Of a stretch of DNA of 64,000 nucleotides, positions 23,707-36,172 are shown piece by piece. Location of the stretch: positions 81,530,001 to 81,594,000 of the forward strand of contig NW_027361679.1 in the NCBI RefSeq assembly GCF_039654945.1, in the 5' to 3' direction. Source of the DNA: Dendrobates tinctorius (taxonomy: Eukaryota). Every line of letters begins with the position of its first letter. Position 1 is the stretch's first letter. Below the pieces are notes generated by a model. That model searched no databases, was not told where the DNA came from, and saw only the letters and a list, made by a program, of their open reading frames with translations. The position numbers and the translations under genes were made by a program.

Positions 23707-25634
23707 TGTCACGCCCGCGCCTTGGCTGAATGGCGCGAGCCGGGGGTTGTGGCCCCACTGTGCCACAGACCAGACACCCTGGAAGGGGCGTGACTGCGAC
23801 AGCTACCTTGGTCTTCACTGGAGCCTCTGATGGTGAGGTCAGGCTTGTGCGGCAGATAGCTGTCGGGTGCCACTCCAGGGTGGTGTCTGGCTGTGGCTGC
23901 TGATCCCACTTGGAGACAAGTCACTTGGACAGATGTGACTGACAGGTAGACTGAGACACAGGGCAAGAAGGTACGACAGATACAGGGCAAGCAGGCGTGG
24001 CTTGGAGACACTGGGCAAACAGACGTGGCTTGGAGACACTGGTTTAGGCGGGCACGGCTTGAGACACAGGACAGGCGGGCACGGCTTGAGACACAGGACA
24101 GGCGAGCAAGGCTTGAGACACAGGACAGGCGGGCACGGCTTGAGACACAGGACAGGCGGGCACGGCTTGAGACACAGGACAGGTAGGGGCCTGTTCACAC
24201 AGCAGGTGCAGGTATGGATGCAGGCAGCAGGAGTGGAATATGAAGGAACAGGTTTGGACCTGTTCACACAGGAGGTGCAGGTATGGATGCAGGCAGGCGT
24301 GGAATATGAAGGAACAGGTCTGGACCTGTTTACACAGGAGCTGCAGGCAGGCAGGAGTGGAATATGAAGGAACAGGTTTGGACCTGTTCACACAGGAGGT
24401 GCAGGTATGGATGCAGGCAGCAGGAGTGGAATATGAAGGAACAGGTTTGGACCTGTTCACACAGGAGGTGCAGGTATGGATGCAGGCAGGCGTGGAATAT
24501 GAAGGAACAGGTCTGGACCTGTTTACACAGGAGCTGCAGGCAGGCAGGAGTGGAATATGAAGGAACAGGTTTGGACCTGTTCACACAGGAGGTGCAGGTA
24601 TGGATGCAGGCAGGCGTGAAATAAGAAGGAACAGGTTTGGGCCTGTTCACACAGGGGGTGCAGGTGAAGGCAGGAGTGGAGAGAGAAGCTGCAGAAAGAG
24701 GTTCTGCAGCGGCAGAAGGAGCCGTGCAGGCAGAGCGGCTGAGGAGCCGAGCAGGCAGAGCTGCGAGAGTGCAGATGCACAGATAGAGCTGCGAGAGTGC
24801 AGATGCACAGATAGAGCTGCGAGAGTGCAGATGCACAGATAGAGCTGCGAGAGTGCAGATGCACAGATAAAGCTGCGAGAGTGCAGATGCACAGATAAAG
24901 CTGTGAGAGTGCAGATGCACAGACAAAGCTGCGAGAGTGCAGATGCACAGACAAAGCTGCGAGAGTGCAGATGCACAGACAAAGCTGCGAGAGTGCAGAT
25001 GCACAAATCTGCGAGAGTGCAGATGCACAGACAGGGAGGACACAAGGAAAGACACAGCAAGGAAGGGAGCCACGGACAAGGAGAAAGGGAGACTGATAGA
25101 CAAAGGTAAGACTGAGTTCAGACAGAGAGACAGGGACAAAGACACAAGGACCAGGATAATCAGCCTCCTGGCAGGCAGGCAGAGAACAGACAAGACACTG
25201 GGAACAAGACTCAAGGACCAGGATATTCTGCCTCCTGGCGGGCGGACAGAGAAATGCTAGGCAACGTACCGGGACACAGGAATACAGACTAAGAGCCTTC
25301 TGAGAAGGCAAGACATAGGACAGGGCCTGGCTAGCTCAGCAGCAAGGAACTAACTGAGTTTAGACATTGCACAGGCAATGTTTCAGTGGGAGTGGCGAAA
25401 CTAAATAGTCAAGGGCTCCAGGTGATTGGTCAGGGACAGATTACACAGGTGCACCCTGACTGCATAAGAACCAGAGAGTTCAGGCGCCGCCCCCCTATAC
25501 ACACAATCTGGAAACATGGAGAGCAGAGGCACAGAGCTGGCAACAGACAGAATTCACAGCATGGCTTGAAGCAGAAAGTAAGTTGGTGTGCAGGGGATGG
25601 GAGGCCATGCAGTGATGCCAGCAAGGTTGTTACA
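23707..25634. mobile_element. 1.9-kb solo LTR with internal tandem arrays
   Basis: TGTCAC...GTTACA termini; TSD CAGTG (23702-23706, 25635-25639); 27-bp, ~60-bp and 28-bp arrays between 24000 and 25030. Confidence 0.85.
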
Positions 25635-27780
25635 CAGTGCCAGAGGCAGCAAGGCAACCCCAAAAACATCAGGGAACTGTAGGGACCTTGTTCTTTTCTT
25701 TGAATGCCTCTTTTTTTCTCCTGTAAACTCTATGTTGATGCCTTTGCCCAAAGAGGTCTACTTTTGTCTCATCTGACCAGAGAACATTCTTCCAAAACGT
25801 TTTAGGCTTTTTCAGGTAAGTTTTGGCAAACTCCAGCCTGGCTTTTTATGTCTCAGTGCAAGAAGTGGGGTCTTCCTGGGTCTCTTACCATACAGTCCCT
25901 TTTCATTCAGACGCTGACGGATAGTACGGGTTGACCCTGTTGTACCCTCGGACTGCAGGGCAGCTTGAACTTGTTTGGATGTTAGTCGAGGTCCTTTATC
26001 CAACATCCGCACAATCTTGCGTTGAAATCTCTTGTCAATTTTTCTTTTCCGTCCACATCTAGGGAGGTTAGCCACAGTGCCATGGGCTTTAAATTTCTTG
26101 ATGACACTGCGCACAGTAGACACAGGAACATTCAGGTCTTTGGAGATGGACTTGTAGCCTTGAGGTTGCTCATGCTTCCTCACAATTTGGTTTCTCAAGT
26201 CCTCAGACAGTTCTTTGGTCTTCTTTCTTTTCTCCATGCTCAATGTGGTACACACAAGGACACAGGACAGAGGTTGAGTCAACTTTAATCCATGTCAACT
26301 GACTGCAAGTGTGATTTAGTTATTGCCAACACCTGTTAGGTGCCACAGGTAAGTTACAGGTGCTGTTAATTACACAAATTAGAGAAGCATCACATGATTT
26401 TTCGAACAGTGCCAATACTTTTGTCCACCCTCTTTTTTATGTTTGGTGTGGAATTATATCCAATTTGGCTTTAGGACAATTCTTTTTGTGTTTTTTCATT
26501 TAAGACAAATTAAATGAAGATAATAATACCAAAGAATTTGTGTTTGCAATCATTTTCAGGAAGAAACTGAGTATTATCTGACAGAATTACAGGGGTGTCA
26601 ATACTTTTGGCCACAACTGTATATTTTCACGATAATCCTGAGAAATACAACAATCTTGCTATGCTTCACAATACTGATCAGGAGATGCTGCGCTGTATAG
26701 ACCTTGACGATCGATTAAAAGCAATGGATCAATAAATCACAGTGAATCCACAGTTTGTTCAGAAGAGCATGGGCTCTTAAGATGACGACTCAGGGAACAA
26801 GCCATCGAGCTATTCTTGAAGGGACGAGGGGACAATTCTGCACCCCCCAACTCCAGAATGTGGATTGTCAGCAATGCAAAACCTTTTATCCGGCTCCTGG
26901 GCAGATTCTTGGGGACCGCATTCTTGGGCAAGGAGCTGTATTTTGATTGCCACCAACTCATTAATTTCTTCTTGCTCTGTGAGCACAAACAGGCATTGTT
27001 CACTACTGAACACTGAAGGGCATGCAATAAAAGATTACGTCCTGACACCAGTGCCAAAGTCAGGATGTACTTTATGGGCGGAGTCGCCGAAGGAGAAAGT
27101 AAGTTCCTTCCATACTTTTCTTACTTTTTTAAAGACTGTTCTAGTATATTGCAGTGATGTTCCTGGGTTGATGGAAAAATGTAACATGGAGTACAATGTG
27201 AGCAAGTGGTGACTATTGATTCATCTGAAAGCTGTGCGACTGCACAATGACAGCAAGTATCCTTCAGTGCCGGCACTGTAGGGTATTCTATACACTTGAA
27301 GGAAACCTTCAATTTAGACTTTATTATTGAGAAAATTTAACTACGAAGATCAAGGATGGTCAATATGTGGCGATAAGACCGCTCTCTATTTGCTCCTTGG
27401 GCAGCAAGGAGAAGATACAAAGTAATCATGCTTTTTGTGTGAATGTGATAGCTGGGATAGTACTCCCCACTGGAGCCAAAAAAGTTGGTCAGCAAGAACA
27501 TCTTTGCAACCAAGACTCAAGAACATCATTGCGGAAAGTTTAGTTGATCCCACTAAAGTTCTCCTGCCACCAATCCACACTAAGCTTGGACTGACGAAGC
27601 AGTTTGTGAAAACTCTACAGAAATAAAGGAAAGTATTTTAAGTACCTGTGTACCAAGTTTCTGGGACTGTCTGAAGCAAAACTGAAGGAAGGCATTTTTT
27701 GTGGGTCCAGAAATTCTAAAACTCTAGAAGTTCAATACAAAAATGAAAACTGCTGAGAAAAAGGCTTGGGATTCTTTTAA

Positions 27781-28825
27781 AGGGAACCTGTCAACAGGAT
27801 TATGCTGAGTAACCTACAAACAGTGACAGGTTGATGCCGTTCTACTGATTAAAATGATACTTTGGGTTGATGAAATCCGTCTTGTAGTTGTTGTGTAATC
27901 TTTATTTGTAGCTTTTAGTTCATGAGATTCTCGTGCTCCTGGGTGGCCTTGGGGTTTAATGTGGTGCTCTGCTTACATATTTATCTGTAAGGCTTATGAC
28001 AGGTCACTGATCCCTTAGTGACCTGACCCGATTTTACATACTGACTATAATATGTTTTAAAAAAGAAAATAATTCACATTCAGCAGGCATCGGTGGCACC
28101 TGCTCTGTAGCATGATCGCATGTATAATGTCCATGTAATTATTTCATTTGGTGATATACAAGTATTCAGAAAAAAAAAAATTCGAGCTCAAAATGGCGCT
28201 GCTGCTGCCATCTTGGTGGAGACAAATTATTATTTTCCGGCAGCAAAATGGGATCGGCAGCGCTTGCACAGTAGCATCTATCAGATCACCAACAGAACAT
28301 ACTGCGCAGGCGTTGCCAGGGCCATCTTGGTGGAGACAAGTTTTTTCCTCTAGCAAAATGGCATCAGCGGCGCCTGCGCAGTGGCATCTATTGGTTTGTT
28401 GATAGATGCTACTGCGCAGGGTCGGCTGGTGTCATTTTGAGACGATTTTTTTTTTCTTCTGAATACATGTATGTCACCAAATAAAATTACATGGACATTA
28501 TAGATGCGATCATGCTACTGCACAGATGCCGCCGCCTGCCTGCTGAATGAGAATGTTTTTTTTTTTTTCAATACATACTAAATATAATATGTAAACTAGA
28601 GGGCAGGTTACTGTCATAAACATATGTAAGCATGTAAGCAGAGCCCCACATAACGATCCCCCTACAGGCTGCCCGGAGCACAAAAATCTCATTAAATGAT
28701 AATAAAGATTAAACAACAACCACAAGACGGATTTCTTCACCCCAGGTATCATTGTAATCAGTATAACGGTGCCGACCTGACACTGTCTGTAGGTTACTGA
28801 GCACAATCTTGCTGACAGGTTCCCT
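27781..28825. mobile_element. Kolobok/T2-type palindromic MITE
   Basis: TTAA|agggaacctgtca...tgacaggttccct|TTAA; the two halves are near reverse complements. Confidence 0.88.
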
Positions 28826-29171
28826 TTAAAGAAGTTGTGAAGAAATTTCTAGGTAACAAGTCTTTCGTGTAGAACATGCTTGAACGTTTCAAAGCCTTGG
28901 GTTGTCTGATGAATTTGTAGTTACATTTTTTACTTTGCCATTTTGACTACTTTCCTGAAAACCTTCTTGATGTTGGCAAAGAGCAAGGAGAAAACATTTC
29001 ATCAGGATATCAAGGTAGATGGAAAATGAACATGATGGGGGGCTACTGCTGGATGATTCATAGAGAAGATCCGCAGGTCTTCTATAAGAGAAAAGCTATC
29101 AAGAGGACCTTTGAAGAAAAAGGCGCAAGAATTAATATCCAATAAAGTTGCAGAATGAATGTTAAAAAATG

Positions 29172-29917
29172 TTTTATATTATTATAGCGCCATTTATTCC
29201 ATGGCGCTTTACGGTACTTGTTTTCTATTATATATACCCCTCCTCACATGTAATCTTAAACAATACAAGTTGCAGCTGGTACAGGAGGAGAGAGGACCCT
29301 GCCCGCGAGGGCTCACAATCTACAAGGGATGGGTGAGGATACAGTAGGTGAGGGTAGAGCTGGTCGGGCAGCGGTTGGGTGGACCGGTGGTTACTGCAGG
29401 TTGTAGGCTTGTCGGAAGAGGTGGGTCTTCAGGCTCTGTTGAAGGTTTTGATGGTAGGTGAGAGTCTGATATGTTGTGGTAGAGAGTTCCAGAGCAGGGG
29501 GATGCACGGAAGAAATCTTGTATGTGATTGTGGGAAGAGGAGACTTAAAGGGTGGAGTAGGAGAGATCTTGTGAGGATCAGAGGTTGCGTGCTGGTAAGT
29601 ACCGGGAGATGAGGTCACAGCTGTGTGGAGGACTCAGGTTGTGGATGGCTTTGTTTGCCATGGTTAGGGTTTTGAACTGGAGTCCTTGGGCAATGGGGAG
29701 CCAGTGCAGGGATTGAGAGAGGGGAGAGGCCAGGGAATAGCGGGGGGACAGGTGAATTAGTCAGGCAGCAGAGTTTATAATAGACTGGAGGGGTGCGAGA
29801 GTGTTAGAGGGGAGGCCACAAAGCAGGAGGTTGCAGTAGTCAAGGCAGGAGATGATCAGGGCATGGACTGGGGTTTTTGCAGCTTGTTGGTTGCGGAAAG
29901 TACAGATCTGGGAAATA
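29172..29917 (-). mobile_element. L2/CR1-clade LINE 3' fragment
   Basis: Minus-strand ORF2 end ...LKTHLFRQAYNL and a 3' UTR hairpin agcgccat...atggcgct. Confidence 0.75.
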
Positions 29918-30399
29918 TTACACTATAGGAATAATAGAGTACATTTTTGGCTACAATAAAGATTTTTCTTGCTCACCTCACCTGTATGTAATTTCACATG
30001 CGTTTTGTGCAAAATCCATACGTGATAGTGAAAAATAGTTTTTTTTTTGCTTTTTTTTTAAAGCGGGGCACAAGAAAACATAAGGATCAGTCACTGGATG
30101 TGGACAATCTTCATAAACCGAAATGTTGCCTTCCTGTGATATCGCACCCCATAAACTCCATCCATGCATCTGACCTAGAACACGTCAATGACAGGCGGAT
30201 GATTTCATCACACAGGCGCTTGCTTGAATAAACCAATAATTGCCACCATTAGTAACAATTTGTTTCCTAAGCCCTGACCCTGCCACCCTCTGGCACCGCC
30301 CGTCTGAGTAATGCCCTAATATTTCCTGGTCTTGGGACAGAAACTTCTGTTTGCAACACTAAGCAGGAAGGCAGCCGGCAAGGAACGGGTTAACCGGGA

Positions 30400-30715
30400 A
30401 TTCAGTCACAAGATTTCGGCGTGGGGCGGGAGCAAGCGGTAACCAGGATTCGGCCTCAAGCGCTCTCCTGATTGGTGAATGAGCTGTCAATCTGCCTGTG
30501 AGCAGGGCATATGCGTCTGTGATTGGTCCGTGGCTTTGTTAGGGGATAAGAACCCGGAATATAGCGCGGCGCTGTAGTGGCAGCCTGGAGATGTACGTCC
30601 CGGCACATAGTGAGACAGACGGTACCGCCGTGGCTGGCTGGGCAGTGCGGAGTATGGCGGCCTGTGTGTGAGAGCAGAGGCTGGAAGCTTGTCCCTCTCA
30701 TCACCGCCCACCGGG
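30400..30715 (+). promoter_or_regulatory. MFSD12 promoter / 5' UTR (CpG-rich)
   Basis: GGGGCGGG GC box near 30423, two inverted CCAAT boxes (GATTGG near 30471 and 30521), high CpG density directly upstream of the ATG. Confidence 0.65.
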
Positions 30716-30977
30716 ATGGCGGACTCTGCGCTGAGCCTGCGCCAGAAGCTGGGCTATGCCACCGGCCACTACCTCAACGACCTCTGCGCCTCCATGTGGT
30801 TCACCTATTTCTTGGTGTACTTTCACTCGGTGCTGGGCTTCGACTCGTTCTACGCCGGGCTCCTCCTGCTGGTTGGGCAGGTGGCCGACGGCGTGTGCAC
30901 CGCCCTGGTCGGCTATGAGTCGGACCGGCACGCTGTCATTCGGTCGTATGGGCGCAGGAAATCCTGGCATCTAATCG
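30716..30977 (+). CDS. MFSD12: MFSD12 coding exon 1 (major facilitator superfamily domain-containing 12, lysosomal/melanosomal cysteine importer)
   Basis: [32 protein letters not shown]...[17 protein letters not shown]...[11 protein letters not shown]; good Kozak context gggATGG; phase-1 donor G|GTAGGT at 30977/30978. Confidence 0.93.
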
Positions 30978-31531
30978 GTAGGTGTGGGGCATGAAGGTGG
31001 GCAGGAATACTGTGTGGCAGCAGCTTGTGGGCACTGTGGGGCTCCTATAGGGCCAGACCATGGGTGACTACTGGCCAGATGTGAAAGTGGCCATACCACC
31101 GTAAGCCCCAAATCTGCCATTCCAGACCCCGCCATGTGTAAGGACCCAACTGGGTTGGGGTCACGCCGTGTAATGCGGGCTGTGGGGCTTATGCGTTCCC
31201 ACATCAGGTATACTACGAGGCGTCATTCCGGCGGCTCACCCGTTTCCTTTACCTGGTCGGTTTGTGGCTTTCATTAGTCACTACTGTCTACAAGAAAAAC
31301 GAATGCTGTTATAGTAAAGATGTAAGTGCTCACTGAGCCGCCAGTGGCTCCCCACTAGTGTGCCCACTGTCTGTTAGATGGCTGTGCCCATTAGCCAGCT
31401 TTTCTGATCATTGTTTCTTGCTGACTTGTGTCTTTGATATAAACTCTTGAGCTGCTTCCAAAAGGAAACTGGAAGGTCACTTATTTTAGCCGCTTCACTG
31501 CTCTCAAAGCCTGACGTGGTTAATAGAAGCT

Positions 31532-32204
31532 TTGAAAAAAGCAGAGATGGAGGGCACCGTCACTAAATACAGGTACATGGGATTAGCCAGAAGCATGTGA
31601 AACTGATGGAATTGCAAAACGAGTAAAGAACATGCTAAAACGGCGATCACCAAATAGAGAATTGACTCAATACATGTATACCTTCAAATAGAGGGCCCAA
31701 TGTGCACCTGAATCACAGTCTACTCTATAATCACTCACCCTGAACAATATAATGTACAGAGAATAAAAGGGGGGGGGGACACTTGAATACTGTCAAAGAA
31801 ATGCCACCCCACAGATAAGGCTGAGTCCGGGGGACAGGTGAGCCAAAAGACCCAAAGTGGAATCTGATGTACATCTGCTGAAGACAAAGCCCTCCTAAGA
31901 TTACCATCCTAATGGGTGAAGGCATCTGCAGCGCTTATTGAGGACGACCAGATCAGGTAATTTGTCAGAGTGCTAAGAGGTCCGAGGGGCATAGAAGCCC
32001 AACTTGTATCGCCACACAAGGTGGCTTCGTCAGGGGAAAGTACTGCTTGACATTTTGGGTCTTTTTGCTCACTTGTCCCCCTGGACTCAGCCTTGTCTGT
32101 GGGATGGCATTTCTTCGACAGCATTCAAGTGTTTCCCTCCCCCCTTTTATTCTCTATATTATATTGTTCAGGGTGAGTGATTATAGAGTGGACTGTTGGA
32201 TTCA
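31532..32204 (-). mobile_element. Non-coding PLE-derived insertion with ~155-bp inverted arms and a hammerhead motif
   Basis: 14-bp TSD GGTTAATAGAAGCT (31518-31531, 32205-32218); 31706-31860 is inverted at 32050-32207. Confidence 0.72.
31998..32036 (-). ncRNA. Degenerate hammerhead ribozyme
   Basis: Minus strand: ccc CTGACGA A GCCAC-cttgt-GTGGC GATA caag TT ggg. Confidence 0.6.
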
Positions 32205-32223
32205 GGTTAATAGAAGCTGAAAT

Positions 32224-32440
32224 GGGCAGCACGGTGGCTCAGTGGTTAGCCGTGGGGTCCTGGGTTCGAATCCCACCAAGGACAACATCTGCAATGAGTT
32301 TGTATGTTCTCCCCGTGTTTGCGTGGGTTTCCTCCCACACTCCAAATACATACTGATAGGGAATTTAAATTGTGAGTCCCATGGGGACAGTGATGATGTG
32401 TGGAAATAATGGCACTACATAAGTGAGTAAATAAAAATAA
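32224..32440 (+). mobile_element. tRNA-derived SINE (V-SINE-like)
   Basis: A box TGGCTCAGTGG, B box GGTTCGAATCC, core gagtttgtatgttctccccgtgtttgcgtgggtttcctcc, A-rich tail. Confidence 0.8.
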
Positions 32441-35019
32441 AGGACTTGCACTTGTATGCAGAAGACTTTAATAGTGTGTTACACATATATTTGCTAGTTT
32501 CATCAATGTTTCGGGTTTTTCTTCTTTCTTCATGGACCCATAGACTTGCATTGGTGAGTTTGAGCCATGACTTGTATGAAAATTGAGTTTGTCTCATATT
32601 TTGGTGCAGACCACTCGGTCCACAAACTATACGGACTCGTGAAGAGATCGGACTGGTACAAGTCCTATATGTGAAACAGACAGAACTTGTGAAAAACTGA
32701 GGTCTGTACGAGTCCCAAAAATGGGTGACAAATTGGATCTGGCATATTTATAACTTGTCTCGTATATGCAAAATAACCCCAAATCACTCCGGAGTCATAA
32801 GGTGGCATTTGCAGGGCAGTGGTGTGCCACACAGTCCTCCAAGAAGTTCTGCAGCAACTGCTGGTGAAGCTTGGATCCATGGCTCCCGGCCACACAGCAC
32901 ACTAATAAATGCCATGTAATAACCCAGCCTAACTGTTATGTAAACTGTTACTAAATATTAGAATTCTGCAACCTATAAAGGAGCATGGTAAAGAGCAGTT
33001 GCGTGTTTTGGACTTGTTGTTTTTCCCTTTGACAAATAGCTGAGAGTACACAAGGATGCAGGACCCAAGAATCGCAGGCTATGTTCACACTGCAGGTTTT
33101 GTCGTCGTTCATTATGTATACTGGGTGAAGTCCCTATCCTAAAGGGAAGTGATGAAGTAATGTGAATATGCCCTTGGTGTGCACACAGGTTTAGGCTAGG
33201 ACTGCACCATGAGATCTCGCATCGCAGTGGCAAACTGCAGCATTGGCTGCACTGACTTCCTATGGTCTCGGATTGTAAGCTGCGGCTGCTGCATGTCTTC
33301 AGATGTGGTGGATTTTGGTCTTCAGTCAATGCAAGCCACATGCAACATTTTTACAGCTAAATCGAAAACCTAAAATTGCTGCACTTTGCACAAATGTTTT
33401 TGGTCACACAATGTGTCCCGGAGCTACTGCTGCCGTGCAACTTATGTTGCCTGTAGCCCCTGCCTTACTGTGTGGTGGGCCTACTGATGCTTTACTGTAG
33501 ATATTGGGGACCACTCGGGACTGGACATGTTTGATTTTTGACTTATGCTAACAAAATACCATGTAATAAAGGGGAAGCAACTTGTCTTCTCCCTATCTGT
33601 TGCATAAACATGCATGGGATAAGGTGGTACGATAGGCTTCTATAGTTCACACAGCTTTTTGTACTAGGAAAAAGGACCAAAATTAGCAATTATCAAGTGT
33701 GCTTCCCTCAGTAAGACCTGCAGCGAGTGCAAAGCACTTTAGATCAAGTTCTTGAAGGGATCCAGTTGAGAATTAGGCCGGGGTTGCAATGCAAGAAACT
33801 TGTGCCTCAATACCCAGCACTCGAGACCGGAGCGCTCAGCTGTATAGAAATACATGCAACCACACATTCCGGTCCCGAGTGCTGGCGACAGTGCCGGGTA
33901 TTGAGGCAAGAGACTCGCAAGTGTGACACTGGCCTTAGTGTTTCTCAACTTTAGTTTTCTAGGTTCCCCCAACAGGTCATGTTTGAGGTTGGATTTCTTT
34001 AGTATTGCACAGGGCTATGGAATTATTGTCGTCATAAATTGCCGTGGGTGTTCTCGTTAGGATTTCTTCAAATCATGACTTGTAGGTGGACTGGCGATGA
34101 GAAACCCTGATTTTTAGTGTTGTGTGTGGGTTTTTTTTTTTTAAATGAAATTGGGGCTAGTGATCTACAGGACCTGCAAACATTAACCAACTTGGTGTAG
34201 AGGTGTTAATTGTCATATGTAACACCAGAGCCACAAGCAGGTGGCGGCAGAGGAAATGTGGCTTTGTAGGGAGGGGGGCATGTTACATGGTTGTCTGCTG
34301 TCGGTTATAAAATAGGAAGCTGACGTGGTATATTGGGCTTTCTATTATGAAACTAGCTCTTGCATGTTTATCTCAGGCGGACAGACATGGGCCTTTGGTA
34401 ATCTTTCATATACCGTATCTGATTCAGTAATAACGATCTGAAGCTTCGTTCGGACCAGATGTTCAGAAGGAAGCGAAAAACAAGTCAAGCATTTCAGCTT
34501 CTGCCACTAGATGTCCAAAATTCAATGCGGTTTTGAAATGAATGCTTGGTGGGGGGGCTAAATGATGCTCAAAATATTTTCTTAATTGGCAGTGATACTG
34601 TATCATTTGGACAGTTTTTCACTCTTCTAATACCATGATATTCCTGGCTGTGTCCTGAAATATCATAGGGCACCTGACATTCTAGAGATCACACCACCAT
34701 CAGCGTGACTAGTAGGCCAGCTGGATGGAGTGCATTAGAGCAGTTGTATGGAGCATGCAGTACAGTTAAAGGGGACCTGTGACCTGGAAAAGTAACACTA
34801 CTTGTAGCTGTGGGGTTAATCTGAAGGTGATTGTTGTGAACCTGCCCGACACTGGCTCTTAGACTCATGCTACTGGGAGGAAACTACTTTATTTTCCCTG
34901 GCAGCATTCCGGTTTGTCACTGGTGCCACTAAATCGTGCCTAATGATGAGCTGGCTGTCGGGTCAGTGCTGGGGAGCGAGGTTACAGCTGCTGCCCTCTA
35001 TACACAAAGCGGTGACTAA

Positions 35020-35400
35020 AGGGCATGTCACACTAAGAGATATCGCTATAACTAGTGACGTTATAGCGATATTGCTAGCGATATCTGTGTCTGATTCTTA
35101 CCTACGACCGGATCCCCGCTGGTTATCGCTGATCGCGTGAGAACGTTCAGGACTGTTTCTCGTCGTCTGCTTCCTGCGGCGCTTCCTGCTGTGAGGACGA
35201 GCGACGCGTGAAGCCGGGTGGGAGGACGCAGGATCGCCTGGTGTGACAGGTAAGTAGCGACCCCCGTCCCCAGCGATGTCACTGGTGAGATCTGCCTGTG
35301 TGGCAGCTCACTAGCGACCACTTAGCGATGTACCAGCGATCCTGACCGCGTCATATCGCTGGTCGGGATCGCTGGTACATCGCTAAGTGTGACAGTACCT
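35020..35400. mobile_element. Harbinger-type MITE (agcgat family), inverted relative to 14019-14427
   Basis: TAA flanks; internal sequence shared with 14019-14427. Confidence 0.7.
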
Positions 35401-35619
35401 TAAGGCTGTGTGCACACAGTGCATTTTTTCTGGGTGGACATGGACCAAAAATGCTATGGAATCCTTATTCGAGCTAATTCAATGACCATTCTGAAGTGTT
35501 GTGCACATGATCAGTATTTTTCCTTAAGTATTTGCATTGTTTTTTGTTTTTTTTCTTTCTGCAGCATGTCAATTCTCTGAGGTTTTTCACCCATTGACTT
35601 CAATTGAGTCAGTCAAATC

Positions 35620-36172
35620 CAGGGCTGTGGAATCGGTATAAAATGGTCTGACTCCTAAAATATATAATAGATTGGGTACAGTAGTTCAATGCAGAATATG
35701 CTGAATATTTTTTCATAGGAATTTGGGAAAGTTATGAAATGTCCTATAAATGGCTGTTCTATTCCTGATCTAAGGCTACATTCACACACAGCGTTTTTCC
35801 TGCGTTTTTGAGGATACGTTTTTCAGCTGCAAAAGCAGATCAGCTTTTTAAAAAAACCGCATCACCTGAAAGGTTTTTGAGCTCATAGATAATGTTTTCA
35901 ATAGCAAAAGCAGATTAGAAATCTTCTCTACCTATCCATTTATCCATATAATATCTGTACCAAAAGGAACGAAAGCCGGACAGCACACACTTTTTTTTTT
36001 TTTTTTTTTTTTTAAGCACCAGTCAGGTACACCTCATAGCTGCCCAAAAGGACGCCCAGGACAGGCATTGCTCGTCTTCAGTAACACATGAACATCAATT
36101 GATAGTTGGAATAAATAGACTGCATTCACCGCATCTTAAGGTGCAGGCTTTATTTTCAAGTGTAGGGGTGTG
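35620..36172. mobile_element. Partial hAT-like non-autonomous element, inverted copy of 53432-53990
   Basis: ~550 bp of reverse-complement identity, starting cagggctgtgga. Confidence 0.8.

Larger units (their letters stand above)
22640..26619 (-). mobile_element. Tc1 transposon with long IR/DR TIRs; transposase ~26237-23280 split by a solo LTR
   Basis: MEKRKKTKELSEDLRNQIV..., FQQDNDPKH, SPDLNPIEHLW; TIR arms are complementary; the right end is ...caactg|TA; the outer ~33 bp of the left TIR are missing. Confidence 0.92.
22622..27035 (+). pseudogene. COPS3: COPS3 (COP9 signalosome subunit 3) processed 3' fragment, split by a Tc1; pieces 22622-22639 and 26622-~27035
   Basis: NQDGMV|[63 protein letters not shown] matches the vertebrate COPS3 C-terminus; stop at 26817-26819; AATAAA near 27026; two premature TAA stops. 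Confidence 0.9.
21847..29147 (+). pseudogene. Chapaev3-like (CMC) transposase pseudogene in five pieces: 21847-22017, ~22207-22610, ~27090-27780, 28830-29147, with a short uncertain piece near 27040
   Basis: GCRNSPDNFCYI..LGDQ..WAP..C..C..PMIWRE..NHSDNCYFC..LPSAIRPVPH, NDLVR.LDLPK, LVYCSDVPGL, LLPPIHTKLGL.KQFVK, LSEAKLKEG, DYFPENL, EQGE.FHQDIK, YCWM. Family name is from motif recall. Confidence 0.72.

Noticed and set aside
23839-25311. Cys-rich keratin-associated/cornifin-like ORFs
   Set aside because: Translations of tandem repeats inside a TSD-flanked solo LTR.
26622-26819. Functional COPS3 exon
   Set aside because: Two premature stops, a Tc1 insertion, no upstream exons, and it is embedded in a transposase pseudogene.
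30668-30994. ORF-track limits for MFSD12
   Set aside because: The upstream start is GTG; ATG 30716 has Kozak context, and homology ends at the splice donor at 30977.
32224-32275. tRNA gene
   Set aside because: A and B boxes are present, but the anticodon arm is missing and a SINE core follows.
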